From: an uncultured delta proteobacterium
GTDB taxonomy: Bacteria > Myxococcota > Myxococcia > Myxococcales > Myxococcaceae
Length of the DNA: 64,000 nucleotides
Reading direction: 5' to 3'
Assembly (NCBI GenBank): GCA_963713045.1
Contig: CAVQKE010000005.1
Coordinates: forward strand, 160,001-224,000
The translations under genes were made by a program, and so were the position numbers. The notes below the pieces were generated by a model, which did not search any database, was not told the origin of the DNA, and saw only the letters and a list, made by a program, of their open reading frames with translations. How positions within the stretch are numbered: position 1 is the first letter of the stretch; each line of letters begins with the position of its first letter. Of this stretch, positions 27,163 to 36,046 are shown piece after piece.

Positions 27163-29820
27163 ATGCCGGCTTCGGTCCTGACGCGCTTCCACACCCGGCT
27201 TCTGGCCGAGGAACTCACCCTGCGCGCCGCCCGCGGGGCGGAGCGCGTCGTCCCCACCCTTTCCGAAGCCCGGGTGGACCTCCATCCCCACCAGGTGGAG
27301 GCGGCGGCGTTTGCCTTGGACAGCCTCGCGCGCGGGGGCTGCCTGTTGGCCGATGAAGTGGGCCTCGGCAAAACCATTGAAGCGGGCATCGTCCTTTCCC
27401 AGCTGTGGGCCGAGGGCAAGGAGCGCATCCTCATCCTCACCCCGGCGACCCTGCGCGCGCAGTGGCAGACCGAGCTGCGGGAGAAGTTTGACCTGGACGC
27501 GGTGGTGGTGGATGGCCGGGGAGACAAGCCGGGCACCAACCCGTTTGACCGGCCCTACCCGGTCATCGCCAGCCTGCCCTTCGCCGCCGCACGCCCGGAG
27601 GCCCTGGGGGCCGTCGCCTGGGACGTCGTCGTCATCGACGAGGCGCACCGGCTGCGCAATGCCCACCGCCCCGGGCACAAGACGGGCCGGGCACTGCGCA
27701 GCGCGCTGGCTGGGCGAGCGAAGCTGCTGCTGACTGCCACCCCACTGCAAAACACGCTGCTCGAGCTGTTTGGGTTGTTGAGCCTCCTCGACGAGGAGTT
27801 GCTTGGCCCGGAGCACGCCTTCCGCAGCCGCTACACGCCGGAGGCGGACGGAACACTGCACGTCGACGCCTCGGCGGAACTGAAAGAAAGACTGAGCGCG
27901 GCCGTCCACCGCACCCTACGCCGGCAGGTGCGCGAGTACGTGCGCTTCACCAACCGGCACAGCGTGGTGGAGGACTTTGCCCCGACGGCCGAGGAGGAAG
28001 CGCTGTACCAAGCCGTCAGCGAATACCTGCGCCGAAGCGATGCCGCCGCCATTGAGCCGGGCAAGCGCACGCTGCTCACCCTCGTCTACCGGAAGCTTTT
28101 GGCGAGCTCCACCTTCGCCATCGCCCCCACTTTGCGCAAGCTGGCCGAGACGCTGCGCCGCCGGATGCAGGCCGCGGCTGCCTCGGCCGAAGCAGTCGTC
28201 GAGGCGGAGGACCTCCGGGGCTTCCAGGAAGAGGCCGAGGCCTGGGAGGACGGCCCCGGGCGGCCCGTCTCGCTCAAGGCGATGCAAGCAGAGGCGGTGG
28301 AGCTCGACGGCTATGCCGGAGCGGCCGAGAAAATTTCGGTCAACGCCAAGGGCGAGGCGCTGGTGCGGGCGCTGCAGCGCCTATTCACCGTGGCACGCTC
28401 CCACCAATGGCCAGAGAAGGCGGTGGTGTTTACTGAATCTCGAAGGACGCAGGCCTACCTGGCGGAGCTTCTGTCGGCCAATGGCTTTGCCGGAAGCATT
28501 TCCCTGTTGTCCGGCGACGCCGCCACGCCGGAGGAGCGCGCGGCGCTGGTGGAAGAATTTCGCAGCCGCACGCACCTCCTCATCTCCACCGAGGCCGGGG
28601 CCGAGGGCCTCAACCTCCAATTCTGCAACCTGGTGGTGAACTACGACTTGCCCTGGAATCCCCAGCGCATCGAGCAGCGCATCGGCCGCTGTCACCGCTA
28701 CGGGCAGCAGCGCGACGTGCTGGTGCTCAACTTCCTCAACCGCCGCAATGCCGCCGACGCCCGGCTGTATGAATTGCTGGAGGCGAAACTCAACCTCTTC
28801 CACGGCGTCTTCGGCGCCTCGGATGAGATTCTCGGCGCGCTGGAGAGCGGCTTGGACTTCGAGCGCCGGGTGTTGGACATCTACCAATCCTGCCGGACGA
28901 CGGAGGAAATTCAGACCGCCTTCGACGCCCTTCGGGCCGACCTCGAGAGTGGAATTAACCGCCGGATGACGGACGCCCGCTCGCTTCTGCTGGAGCACTT
29001 CGACGCAGACGTCCGCCGACGCCTGAAGCTGTCCGGAGAAGAGATGAAGCAGGCCGTCCAGCGCCGGCGCGGCACGGCACGGCAGCTGACTTCCGTCCTG
29101 CTCGGCACCGAGGCCTCGCGCCACACCGCGGTGGCCGAGGCGGTGGCGTTGGCGCGCACCCAGCCTCTGGATGCGGTGAATTACCTGCAGCTGGATGCCG
29201 CCGCCCTCCCGGCGCGCCTGTCCCGCCTCGCCGGGGCCGAGGGTTGGTGGTTTGCCTACCGGTTTTCCACCGGCGGTCTGTCCCCCGAGGAGCGACTCCT
29301 TCACCTGATGCTGGTGAAACAACCCGAAGGCTTTGTCGCGCTGCCGCTTGCAGACGCGGACCTCCTGGCCCACCTCCCGGCCTCCGAGGGGAAGCGCGGC
29401 GCCCTGCCGGCCATCTCGGTCACCGCCGCCCAGGAAAGTGCCTTCGACGCCGCGCGCGCCGAATTGCTCCGCGAGGCCGAACGTCGCAGCGCACGGGCGT
29501 TGGACGTGGCGCGGGAGCGGGCGGACAGCTACGCGGAGGACTGCCTGCTGCAGACGCGCGAGACGTTGGAAAAGGCGCGGGCGGCGTGGGGGGAGGCCCG
29601 CGCGCGGCTGCGCCCACTGGATGAGCCCACCGAGCGCGCCCGAGTCCGAAGCGAGGCCGAGCGCGCCGAGCGCGCCTACCGCCGCGCCCTGGCTGCCCTG
29701 CACAAGGAGGAAGAGGCGCGCTACTCGGCCAAGGACAGGGAATTGCAGCAGCTGTCCACCCGGGCCCGCGTCCAAGACAGCCGGGCGGCACTGGGGACAG
29801 CGTACTTTTGGATTCGGTGA
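27163..29820 (+). CDS. SNF2-family helicase/ATPase with C-terminal coiled coil
   Basis: LADEVGLGKT, DEAH, LTATPLQN, EGLNLQ, YDLPWNP, QRIGRCHRYGQ. Confidence 0.95.
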   Translation: MPASVLTRFHTRLLAEELTLRAARGAERVVPTLSEARVDLHPHQVEAAAFALDSLARGGCLLADEVGLGKTIEAGIVLSQLWAEGKERILILTPATLRAQWQTELREKFDLDAVVVDGRGDKPGTNPFDRPYPVIASLPFAAARPEALGAVAWDVVVIDEAHRLRNAHRPGHKTGRALRSALAGRAKLLLTATPLQNTLLELFGLLSLLDEELLGPEHAFRSRYTPEADGTLHVDASAELKERLSAAVHRTLRRQVREYVRFTNRHSVVEDFAPTAEEEALYQAVSEYLRRSDAAAIEPGKRTLLTLVYRKLLASSTFAIAPTLRKLAETLRRRMQAAAASAEAVVEAEDLRGFQEEAEAWEDGPGRPVSLKAMQAEAVELDGYAGAAEKISVNAKGEALVRALQRLFTVARSHQWPEKAVVFTESRRTQAYLAELLSANGFAGSISLLSGDAATPEERAALVEEFRSRTHLLISTEAGAEGLNLQFCNLVVNYDLPWNPQRIEQRIGRCHRYGQQRDVLVLNFLNRRNAADARLYELLEAKLNLFHGVFGASDEILGALESGLDFERRVLDIYQSCRTTEEIQTAFDALRADLESGINRRMTDARSLLLEHFDADVRRRLKLSGEEMKQAVQRRRGTARQLTSVLLGTEASRHTAVAEAVALARTQPLDAVNYLQLDAAALPARLSRLAGAEGWWFAYRFSTGGLSPEERLLHLMLVKQPEGFVALPLADADLLAHLPASEGKRGALPAISVTAAQESAFDAARAELLREAERRSARALDVARERADSYAEDCLLQTRETLEKARAAWGEARARLRPLDEPTERARVRSEAERAERAYRRALAALHKEEEARYSAKDRELQQLSTRARVQDSRAALGTAYFWIR

Positions 29821-29840
29821 GGGGCTGTGCCCCTCACCGA
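29814..29840 (+). terminator. Perfect 12-bp hairpin overlapping the helicase stop codon
   Basis: TCGGTGAGGGGC-TGT-GCCCCTCACCGA; no U-tract. Confidence 0.55.
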
Positions 29841-29976
29841 CTGCCAAGGGCAGTGCATCCGCGGCCACTTCGCCGAATGGGCGGAGGCGAAGCAGCCCCT
29901 TTGGAAACCGCAGACCCCCCGGGTGTCTTCAGTTCGCGACCCGCACGGTGCACTGGCCGGGGGTAGAATCTCTTCC

Positions 29977-30132
29977 ATGGACCCAACCGCTCGAGAACTC
30001 CTTGACGCACTGCAGCTGTTTACCGCGCTGAACGCACTGGACATTCCGGTGCCGCCCAAACACGCCGAGGCGGTCGCCAAAGCGCGGGCTGCGCTGGACA
30101 AGCTGACGCAGCAATACGCCAGCGCGAAATAG
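29977..30132 (+). CDS. Small hypothetical helical protein (51 aa)
   Basis: MDPTARELLDALQLF...QYASAK, with GC3-biased codons and an amphipathic helix pattern. Confidence 0.5.
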   Translation: MDPTARELLDALQLFTALNALDIPVPPKHAEAVAKARAALDKLTQQYASAK

Positions 30133-30232
30133 AATTGGCGATTGCCGCCAGACGTCCCCGCTGGTGAAGGCCGCCAACTGTGGCCAAGCGCGCCGGGCTG
30201 CGCCTAACGTCGCTTCGGCAGGAGGAGGAGCG

Positions 30233-30499
30233 ATGTCCCCACGGGTGCTGCTGGCGGCAGTCCTCAGTCTCGGCGCCTGTGCCACCACCACCGAACGGCC
30301 GGGCACCGAGGATTGGGCGCAGGAGCGGTACAAGAGTGCCGTGACGTCCTGTGACAGCGCCCACGCCTTCGACCAGGCCCAGGCGCTCAGCGTCGGCGCC
30401 ACCATGTCGGTCCCCGACGCCAAGTACCAGGCGTGTCTCGCCAAGGCACAGGCCAACCTGGACCACGACATGGCCGTCGTGAATGGGACGGCCAAGTGA
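30233..30499 (+). CDS. Small lipoprotein (88 aa)
   Basis: GGAGGAGGAG RBS, lipobox LGA-C and two further Cys residues (possible disulfide). Confidence 0.75.
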   Translation: MSPRVLLAAVLSLGACATTTERPGTEDWAQERYKSAVTSCDSAHAFDQAQALSVGATMSVPDAKYQACLAKAQANLDHDMAVVNGTAK

Positions 30500-30513
30500 C
30501 GCTTCCCGCCACG

Positions 30514-30545
30514 GGGGCCGACCGCCGGCGTTGGCGGTCAGCCCC
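30514..30545. terminator. Hairpin between convergent small genes
   Basis: GGGGCCGACCGCC-GGCGTT-GGCGGTCAGCCCC stem with one mismatch. Confidence 0.5.
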
Positions 30546-30573
30546 GAGCACGGCAGGGCCCATCCCTCGCCGC

Positions 30574-30720
30574 TTAGAAGAGTGCGGTGAGAAAGACGAC
30601 GGCCCCAATGAGGTAGCCAGCGGCTGTCAGCGCCGTCGCCCAGAGGAGTTCCACGTCCTGCGTCTGCTCGAGAATGCTCTGCATGGCCTTGGCCTCTTCA
30701 AAGGAGCGCCGCCCCGACAT
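30574..30720 (-). CDS. Small single-TM hypothetical protein
   Basis: C-terminal hydrophobic helix (LLWATALTAAGYLIGAVVFLTALF). Start uncertain (ATG 30720 or ATG 30684, the latter after GAAGAGG). Confidence 0.45.
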   Translation of the reverse strand: MSGRRSFEEAKAMQSILEQTQDVELLWATALTAAGYLIGAVVFLTALF

Positions 30721-30917
30721 GGGGCAGTCCGCCAAGGCCAGCCGCCGCCTTTCCAGCCGCTGGCTCTCCTTCGAGAGGGTGCCCTTCCTGTACAGTCCCG
30801 ACGGAAGCCCCGCCAGCACAGTTTGGGGCCAAATAATTGAAATTCTTAGCTTTTATGTCAGATTGGTGACGCCTTGCGTCAGCCAAGGTGGCGCCACTTC
30901 AGGGGAAAAGTGTTGCC

Positions 30918-31835
30918 CTAGCCCTGGAGCCGCAACGCCGCCGGGAGAAGTTCCACGCGGACCGGCAGGCGCCCAGGCTGCTCGCCGTCGACGTCCAGGA
31001 GGACTTCCTCATCGCTTTCGGCTTCCACCCGCTGCGCGCGAAATGTCCGGGTCCCGGCCAGCTGCACGTGGGTGCCGTCATAGATGCGTCGGGCTTTTAA
31101 GGCGAAGTCCGCCAGCGTGTAGCCGCTCCACACCGTCACGTCGAAGTGGCCGTCGCCGGGGTCCGCCGTGGGGGCGACGCGCATGCCTCCGCCGAAGTAC
31201 TGGCAGTTGGCCACCGCCACCGTCGTAATGCTGAGCGCCTCCCATTTGCCTCCGTCTGCGCGGAGCCGAACGGGCTGGTCGTGAAAGCGCCACATGGCTT
31301 TGACGGAGGCGAGGAAGAAGGTGGCTTTGCCCCCCAGGCCCTTCCCAGCTTGGTTGACGGCCCTGTCCACCTGGCCGCTGACGCCGAAGGAGACGACGTT
31401 GACGAAGTAACGCTGCTGCGGCCGCCCTTGCGCGTCCAAGAAGGAAACCCGTCCCACGTCCAACGGCCGCGTCTGCCCGGCGCGTATGCGCGCGCACGCG
31501 CTGCGCAGACTGGTGGACCAACCGAAGGTGCGGCGGAAGTCTCCACCCGTCCCGCGGGGAATGACGGCCACCGTCGCCCCGGCCGGCGGCCCCCCCGGCA
31601 CCCGGAAGAAGCCATTCACCACTTCATTGAGGGTGCCATCGCCGCCCACCGCGACAATGCACTCATAGCCATCGGCGAGCGCCTGGGCGGTCAGCTCGGC
31701 GGCGTGCAGCGGACTCTGGGTGAGGGCCGAGCCCACGTCTCCCATGCTGGTGCAGGCCGCGCCGAGAATGTCTGGCCAGCGGCGTCCGGTGTCTCCGTTG
31801 CCACTGCGGGGATTGACCACCAGGAAGGTGCGCAT
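30918..31835 (-). CDS. Diacylglycerol/lipid kinase family protein (YegS/BmrU-like)
   Basis: VNPRSG, GGDGTLNEVVNG, GTGGDF, YFGGGM, DGE motifs. Confidence 0.93.
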   Translation of the reverse strand: MRTFLVVNPRSGNGDTGRRWPDILGAACTSMGDVGSALTQSPLHAAELTAQALADGYECIVAVGGDGTLNEVVNGFFRVPGGPPAGATVAVIPRGTGGDFRRTFGWSTSLRSACARIRAGQTRPLDVGRVSFLDAQGRPQQRYFVNVVSFGVSGQVDRAVNQAGKGLGGKATFFLASVKAMWRFHDQPVRLRADGGKWEALSITTVAVANCQYFGGGMRVAPTADPGDGHFDVTVWSGYTLADFALKARRIYDGTHVQLAGTRTFRAQRVEAESDEEVLLDVDGEQPGRLPVRVELLPAALRLQG

Positions 31836-31969
31836 GCCGTGCCCGGCGGGCAGTCTCCTCCAGCGCGGCTAAAAAGGGCAGACGGGAACGCCTGGGACGG
31901 TGCGTCGTGGGCCTTGGAGACACAGCGCGCGGCACGGGGCTACGCTGGTGGGCACCACGTGCTTTGAGG

Positions 31970-32395
31970 ATGGGCTCCACAACCGCCACGGGCTGGGTAC
32001 TGCTGGCCGAGGATGACCAGGCGCTGCGCATCCTCCTCTCCTCGCTGCTGCTGAAGGACGGGCACCGCGTCATCGCCGCCGAGGACGGAGAGAAGCTGGT
32101 CCTGGCCCACGCCAGTCTTCCGTCGGAACGCACCGGACGCACCGTGGTGGTGAGTGACCTCGCCATGCCCAACCGCGGCGGCCTGTCGGCGTGCGAGGAA
32201 ATTCGGACCCGCGACGCCGGGGCGGCGGTGGTGCTGATGGGGGCCTTCAGCGAGGTGCAGGACGAGGAGCGCGCCCGAGCGCTGCGGGCGGCGATGCTGG
32301 TCAAGCCCTTCGAATTGTCGCGCCTGCGGGCGCTGGTGCGCGGCCTGTTTGCCGATTCCTCGGCCAGCGCGAGCGCCGTGCTCGCCCAGCTGTAG
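31970..32395 (+). CDS. Single-domain response regulator
   Basis: LLAEDD, VVSDLAMP (phospho-acceptor Asp), KPF. Confidence 0.85.
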   Translation: MGSTTATGWVLLAEDDQALRILLSSLLLKDGHRVIAAEDGEKLVLAHASLPSERTGRTVVVSDLAMPNRGGLSACEEIRTRDAGAAVVLMGAFSEVQDEERARALRAAMLVKPFELSRLRALVRGLFADSSASASAVLAQL

Positions 32396-32401
32396 CCCTC
32401 C

Positions 32402-34222
32402 TCAGGCCTTGGGCGGGTGCACCGTGCGCACGTGCAATTCCTCCAGCTGACTTTGGTCCACGTCGCCCGGCGCGCCGGTCATCAAGTCTGCCCCGGTCTT
32501 TGTCTTCGGAAAGGGGATGACATCTCGCAGCGACTCGGCCCCGGTGGCCAGCATCACCAGGCGGTCCATGCCGAGGGCAATGCCCCCGTGGGGTGGCGCC
32601 CCAAACCTCAGCGCATCCAAGAGGAAGCCAAACTTCTCCCGCGCCTCGGCCTCGGGGATGCCGAGGGCGGTAAACACCTCGGACTGCACCTTCGGGTCAT
32701 GTAACCGAATGCTGCCGCCGCCAATCTCAAAGCCGTTGAGGACGACATCATAGCGGTAGCACTTCACCCGTCCCGGGTCGGTCAGCAAGTACGGGAGGTC
32801 CTCATCGTGCGGCCGGGTAAAGGCGTGGTGCGCGGCCACCCACTTGCGCGACTCCTCGTCCCACTCGAAAAGGGGCGGCTCCACCACCCAGAGAAACTCC
32901 CAGCGGCCGCCGCTCCCGACGTCCGGGATGAGGCCCAGCTTCTTGGCCAAGTGCACCCGGAGGTTGGCCATCACGGTCTGTACCAGCGCAGCGCGCCCAA
33001 ACTGGAACAACAGCAGGTCGCCCGTCTTGGCGCCGCAGGCCCGGTTGATTTCCAGCCGCAGCTCGGCGGAGATGGTTTTGGACAGCGGCGACTGCGTCCA
33101 CTCGCCGCCCTCGCCCACCTTGGCGCGAGCCAGCCCCCGGGCCCCACTGCCCTTGGCAAACTCCTCAAGTTTGTCCGACTCGGCGCGACTCAACGCCTGC
33201 GCCGCCGGCAGCACCATCGCCTTCACGATGCCGCCCTGCTCGACCGCCTCCAGCAACAGGGGCACCCCGCCCTCTGCCCCGCGGCTGCCCACCAGTTCCG
33301 TCAGCTCGACATGCTCCAGCCCAAAGCGTAGGTCCGGCTTGTCGTTGCCGTAGCGGCGCATCGACTCCTCGTACGGCAGCCGGCGGAAGGGCGTCGGCAG
33401 CTGAACGCCAAGCACCTCCTTCCACAGCTTCTGGAGGAGCCCCTCGACGACGCCGAAGACGTCATCCTGGGCGACGAAGCTCATCTCCAAGTCCACCTGG
33501 GTGAATTCCGGCTGGCGGTCCACCCGCACGCCTTCGTCCCGGAAGCACTTCACAATTTGGAAATAGCGGTCGTAGCCGCCCACCATGAAGAGCTGCTTGT
33601 ACAGCTGTGGACTCTCGGCCAGCGCGTAAAACTTCCCCGGGCTGTTTCGGCTGGGCACCAGGAAGTTGCGGGCACCGCCCGGCGTGTACCGGCCGAGAAA
33701 CGGCGTCTCCAACTCGAGGAAGCCACCTTCCACCAGGTGCGCCCGTGTCAGGGCGTTGATGCGGCTCCTCTTCATGAAGGTGCTCTGCAGTGGCCGCCGC
33801 CGCAGGTCGAGGTAGCGGTACGTCAGGCGCTTTTCCTCGGTGGTGTCGACGTTGTCCTCAATCGGGAAGGGCACCGGCTCGCTGCGGTTGAAAATGGTGA
33901 GCGCGGTGGCCCGCACCTCAATCTCCCCGGTCGGCATCTTGGGGTTCACATTCGCACCCCGCGACGCCACCTTCCCTGCGATGCCGATGCAGAACTCGAG
34001 CCGGAGCGCGCCCGCCTGGGCGTGCGCCTCGACGTCAATCTCCGGCTCGAAGACAACCTGCGTCAGCCCTTCCCGGTCGCGCAAGTCGATGAAGACGGCG
34101 CCGCCGTGGTCGCGGCGGTTTTGGACCCAACCGAAGAGGACGACTTCCTTTCCGACGTCAGCGGCGGTCAGTTGCCCGCAGCTGTGGGTGCGCTTCACCT
34201 TGCTGATGAATGGGACGGCCAT
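32402..34222 (-). CDS. aspS: Aspartate--tRNA ligase, probably non-discriminating Asp/Asn type
   Basis: RTHSCG, RRDHGG, FIDLRD, YRYLDLRR, PQLYKQL, GGGSIR, PPHGGIALGMDR. Confidence 0.97.
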   Translation of the reverse strand: MAVPFISKVKRTHSCGQLTAADVGKEVVLFGWVQNRRDHGGAVFIDLRDREGLTQVVFEPEIDVEAHAQAGALRLEFCIGIAGKVASRGANVNPKMPTGEIEVRATALTIFNRSEPVPFPIEDNVDTTEEKRLTYRYLDLRRRPLQSTFMKRSRINALTRAHLVEGGFLELETPFLGRYTPGGARNFLVPSRNSPGKFYALAESPQLYKQLFMVGGYDRYFQIVKCFRDEGVRVDRQPEFTQVDLEMSFVAQDDVFGVVEGLLQKLWKEVLGVQLPTPFRRLPYEESMRRYGNDKPDLRFGLEHVELTELVGSRGAEGGVPLLLEAVEQGGIVKAMVLPAAQALSRAESDKLEEFAKGSGARGLARAKVGEGGEWTQSPLSKTISAELRLEINRACGAKTGDLLLFQFGRAALVQTVMANLRVHLAKKLGLIPDVGSGGRWEFLWVVEPPLFEWDEESRKWVAAHHAFTRPHDEDLPYLLTDPGRVKCYRYDVVLNGFEIGGGSIRLHDPKVQSEVFTALGIPEAEAREKFGFLLDALRFGAPPHGGIALGMDRLVMLATGAESLRDVIPFPKTKTGADLMTGAPGDVDQSQLEELHVRTVHPPKA

Positions 34223-34254
34223 GGGCGGCGCACCATAGACGAGCATCAAGTGCG

Positions 34255-35964
34255 CTAGGAAGCCGCCCGCAAGTCCTTCAGCTTGAGCGCCACGCGCCGC
34301 TGTCCGCGGTACTCGTCCACCGTCGCCTGGAAGGCCAAATCCACCGGGCCGGCCGTCTCGGCAGCCCTCTCCGCCATCCCGAAGCCGATGGCGTCCAGTC
34401 GCGGGGCTTGCAGAAGCGACAGCTTGAGGTGCCCGGCCCCTCCCCGCTTACTCTCCAGCACGCGGGAACGGGCCCGTAAGCCGCACGCCGCCAGGACCGG
34501 CTCCGGGTTGCCCTGGCCGAAGGGCCCCAGCACCGAGAGGCCCTCCACTGCTTGCTCCGTCAGCTCGCCCGGCTCCACCACCGCATCCACCCGGCAATGC
34601 GGCTCGAGGTCTTCCAGGCTGAGCACCTGGGCGGCCATGCGGCCGAAGGCCTCACGGAAACCGGGTAACTGGCGCTGCTCCACCGTCACCCCCGCCGCCG
34701 CGCGGTGGCCGCCGTAGCGCACCAGAAACTGCGCGCAGCCGTCGAGGGCCTCCACCAGGTGAAAACGCTCAATGCTGCGCGCGCTCCCCTTGCCCTGCCC
34801 GGCCTCCACCGCCACCACCACCGTCGGCCGGTGGAGGCGCTCCACCACCCGGGCGGCGACAATGCCCACCACGCCGGGGTGCCAGTCCTCGCCCCACAGC
34901 ACCAGGCCCCGGGCTGCGCCCTGGGCTTCGGCCTGCACCAGCGCCGAGACGAGAATGCGCTGCTCAATCAATTGCCGCTCCTGGTTGGCCACGTCCAACG
35001 CATGGGCCAGCGGCCGTGCCTCCTCCAGACTGGTGGCGCGCAGCAATTTGAGCCCGAGCGCCGCGTCGTCGAGGCGGCCGGCGGCGTTAATCCGCGGGCC
35101 AAGGCGAAAGCCCACCAGGCCACTGGTGACGGCTTGCTCCGCGCCGAGGCCAGCCGCTTCCTTCAGCGCGCGGATGCCAGGGCGCACCGCCCGGCCGAGG
35201 GCCAAAAGCCCATGTTTCACCAGCACCCGGTTGACGCCGGTGAGCGGCACCACATCCGCCACGGTGGCCAGCGCCACCAAGTCCAGCAGTGCCTTGAGGT
35301 TGGGCTCGGGCCGCACGGCGAAGTGCCCCACCTCGCGCAGCGCCCGGCGCAGCCCCATGCACAGGGTGAAGGCCACCCCGGCCGCGCACAGGTGCCGGGT
35401 GGGGTAGCCGCAGCCCGGTTGGTGGGGGTTGAGGACCGCCAGCGCCGGGGGAAGCAGCGCCGGCACCGTGTGGTGGTCGACCACCACCACGTCCAACCCC
35501 AAGTCCCTGGCCCGTCCCACCTCCGCGGCGGCGGTAATGCCGCAGTCCAGCGTCACCAGGACCGCCGTTCCGTCCTGCGCAATGCGCTCCGCCGCCGCCC
35601 GGTTGAGGCCATAGCCATCGCGAATGCGGTGCGGAATGGACGTCGCCACCCGTGCCCCGCACTCCTCGAGGAAGAGCGACATCAGGGCGGTGCTGCACAC
35701 GCCGTCGACGTCGTAGTCCCCGTACAGCGTCACCAGTTCGCGCCGCTGGACGGCACGCACCAGCCGCTCCACTGCCGGCCGCATCCCGCGCATCAGGAAG
35801 GGGTCCGGCAAGTCCCCCAGTCCATCGGCGAGAAAGTGCGCCGCCGTTTGGGGGTCAGCCAGGCCTCGCGCCACCAGCACCCGGGCCGCGAGGACGTCCA
35901 TGCTCAGCGCCGAGGCGAGGCGCTCCGCCGAAGCGGTGTCGAGACTCGGCAGAATCCAGCGCAG
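34255..35964 (-). CDS. recJ: Single-stranded-DNA exonuclease RecJ
   Basis: YGDYDVDG, TLDCG, VDHH, TVADVVPL, GPRINAAGR, GGHRAAAG, PFGQGNPEP. Start uncertain (see findings). Confidence 0.95.
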   Translation of the reverse strand: MRWILPSLDTASAERLASALSMDVLAARVLVARGLADPQTAAHFLADGLGDLPDPFLMRGMRPAVERLVRAVQRRELVTLYGDYDVDGVCSTALMSLFLEECGARVATSIPHRIRDGYGLNRAAAERIAQDGTAVLVTLDCGITAAAEVGRARDLGLDVVVVDHHTVPALLPPALAVLNPHQPGCGYPTRHLCAAGVAFTLCMGLRRALREVGHFAVRPEPNLKALLDLVALATVADVVPLTGVNRVLVKHGLLALGRAVRPGIRALKEAAGLGAEQAVTSGLVGFRLGPRINAAGRLDDAALGLKLLRATSLEEARPLAHALDVANQERQLIEQRILVSALVQAEAQGAARGLVLWGEDWHPGVVGIVAARVVERLHRPTVVVAVEAGQGKGSARSIERFHLVEALDGCAQFLVRYGGHRAAAGVTVEQRQLPGFREAFGRMAAQVLSLEDLEPHCRVDAVVEPGELTEQAVEGLSVLGPFGQGNPEPVLAACGLRARSRVLESKRGGAGHLKLSLLQAPRLDAIGFGMAERAAETAGPVDLAFQATVDEYRGQRRVALKLKDLRAAS

Positions 35965-36046
35965 TCGGGCGGCGTCCTCTCCTTCAACGGGAAGAAGAGT
36001 TAGCCAACCAGTCTGACAGCCCTCCGCTGGGTGGGGGGCAAGGACG

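Noticed and set aside
30816..30832. Sigma-54 promoter-like TTGGCCCCAAACTGTGCT on the minus strand
   Set aside because: The GG-to-GC spacing is one base too long for the strict -24/-12 geometry.
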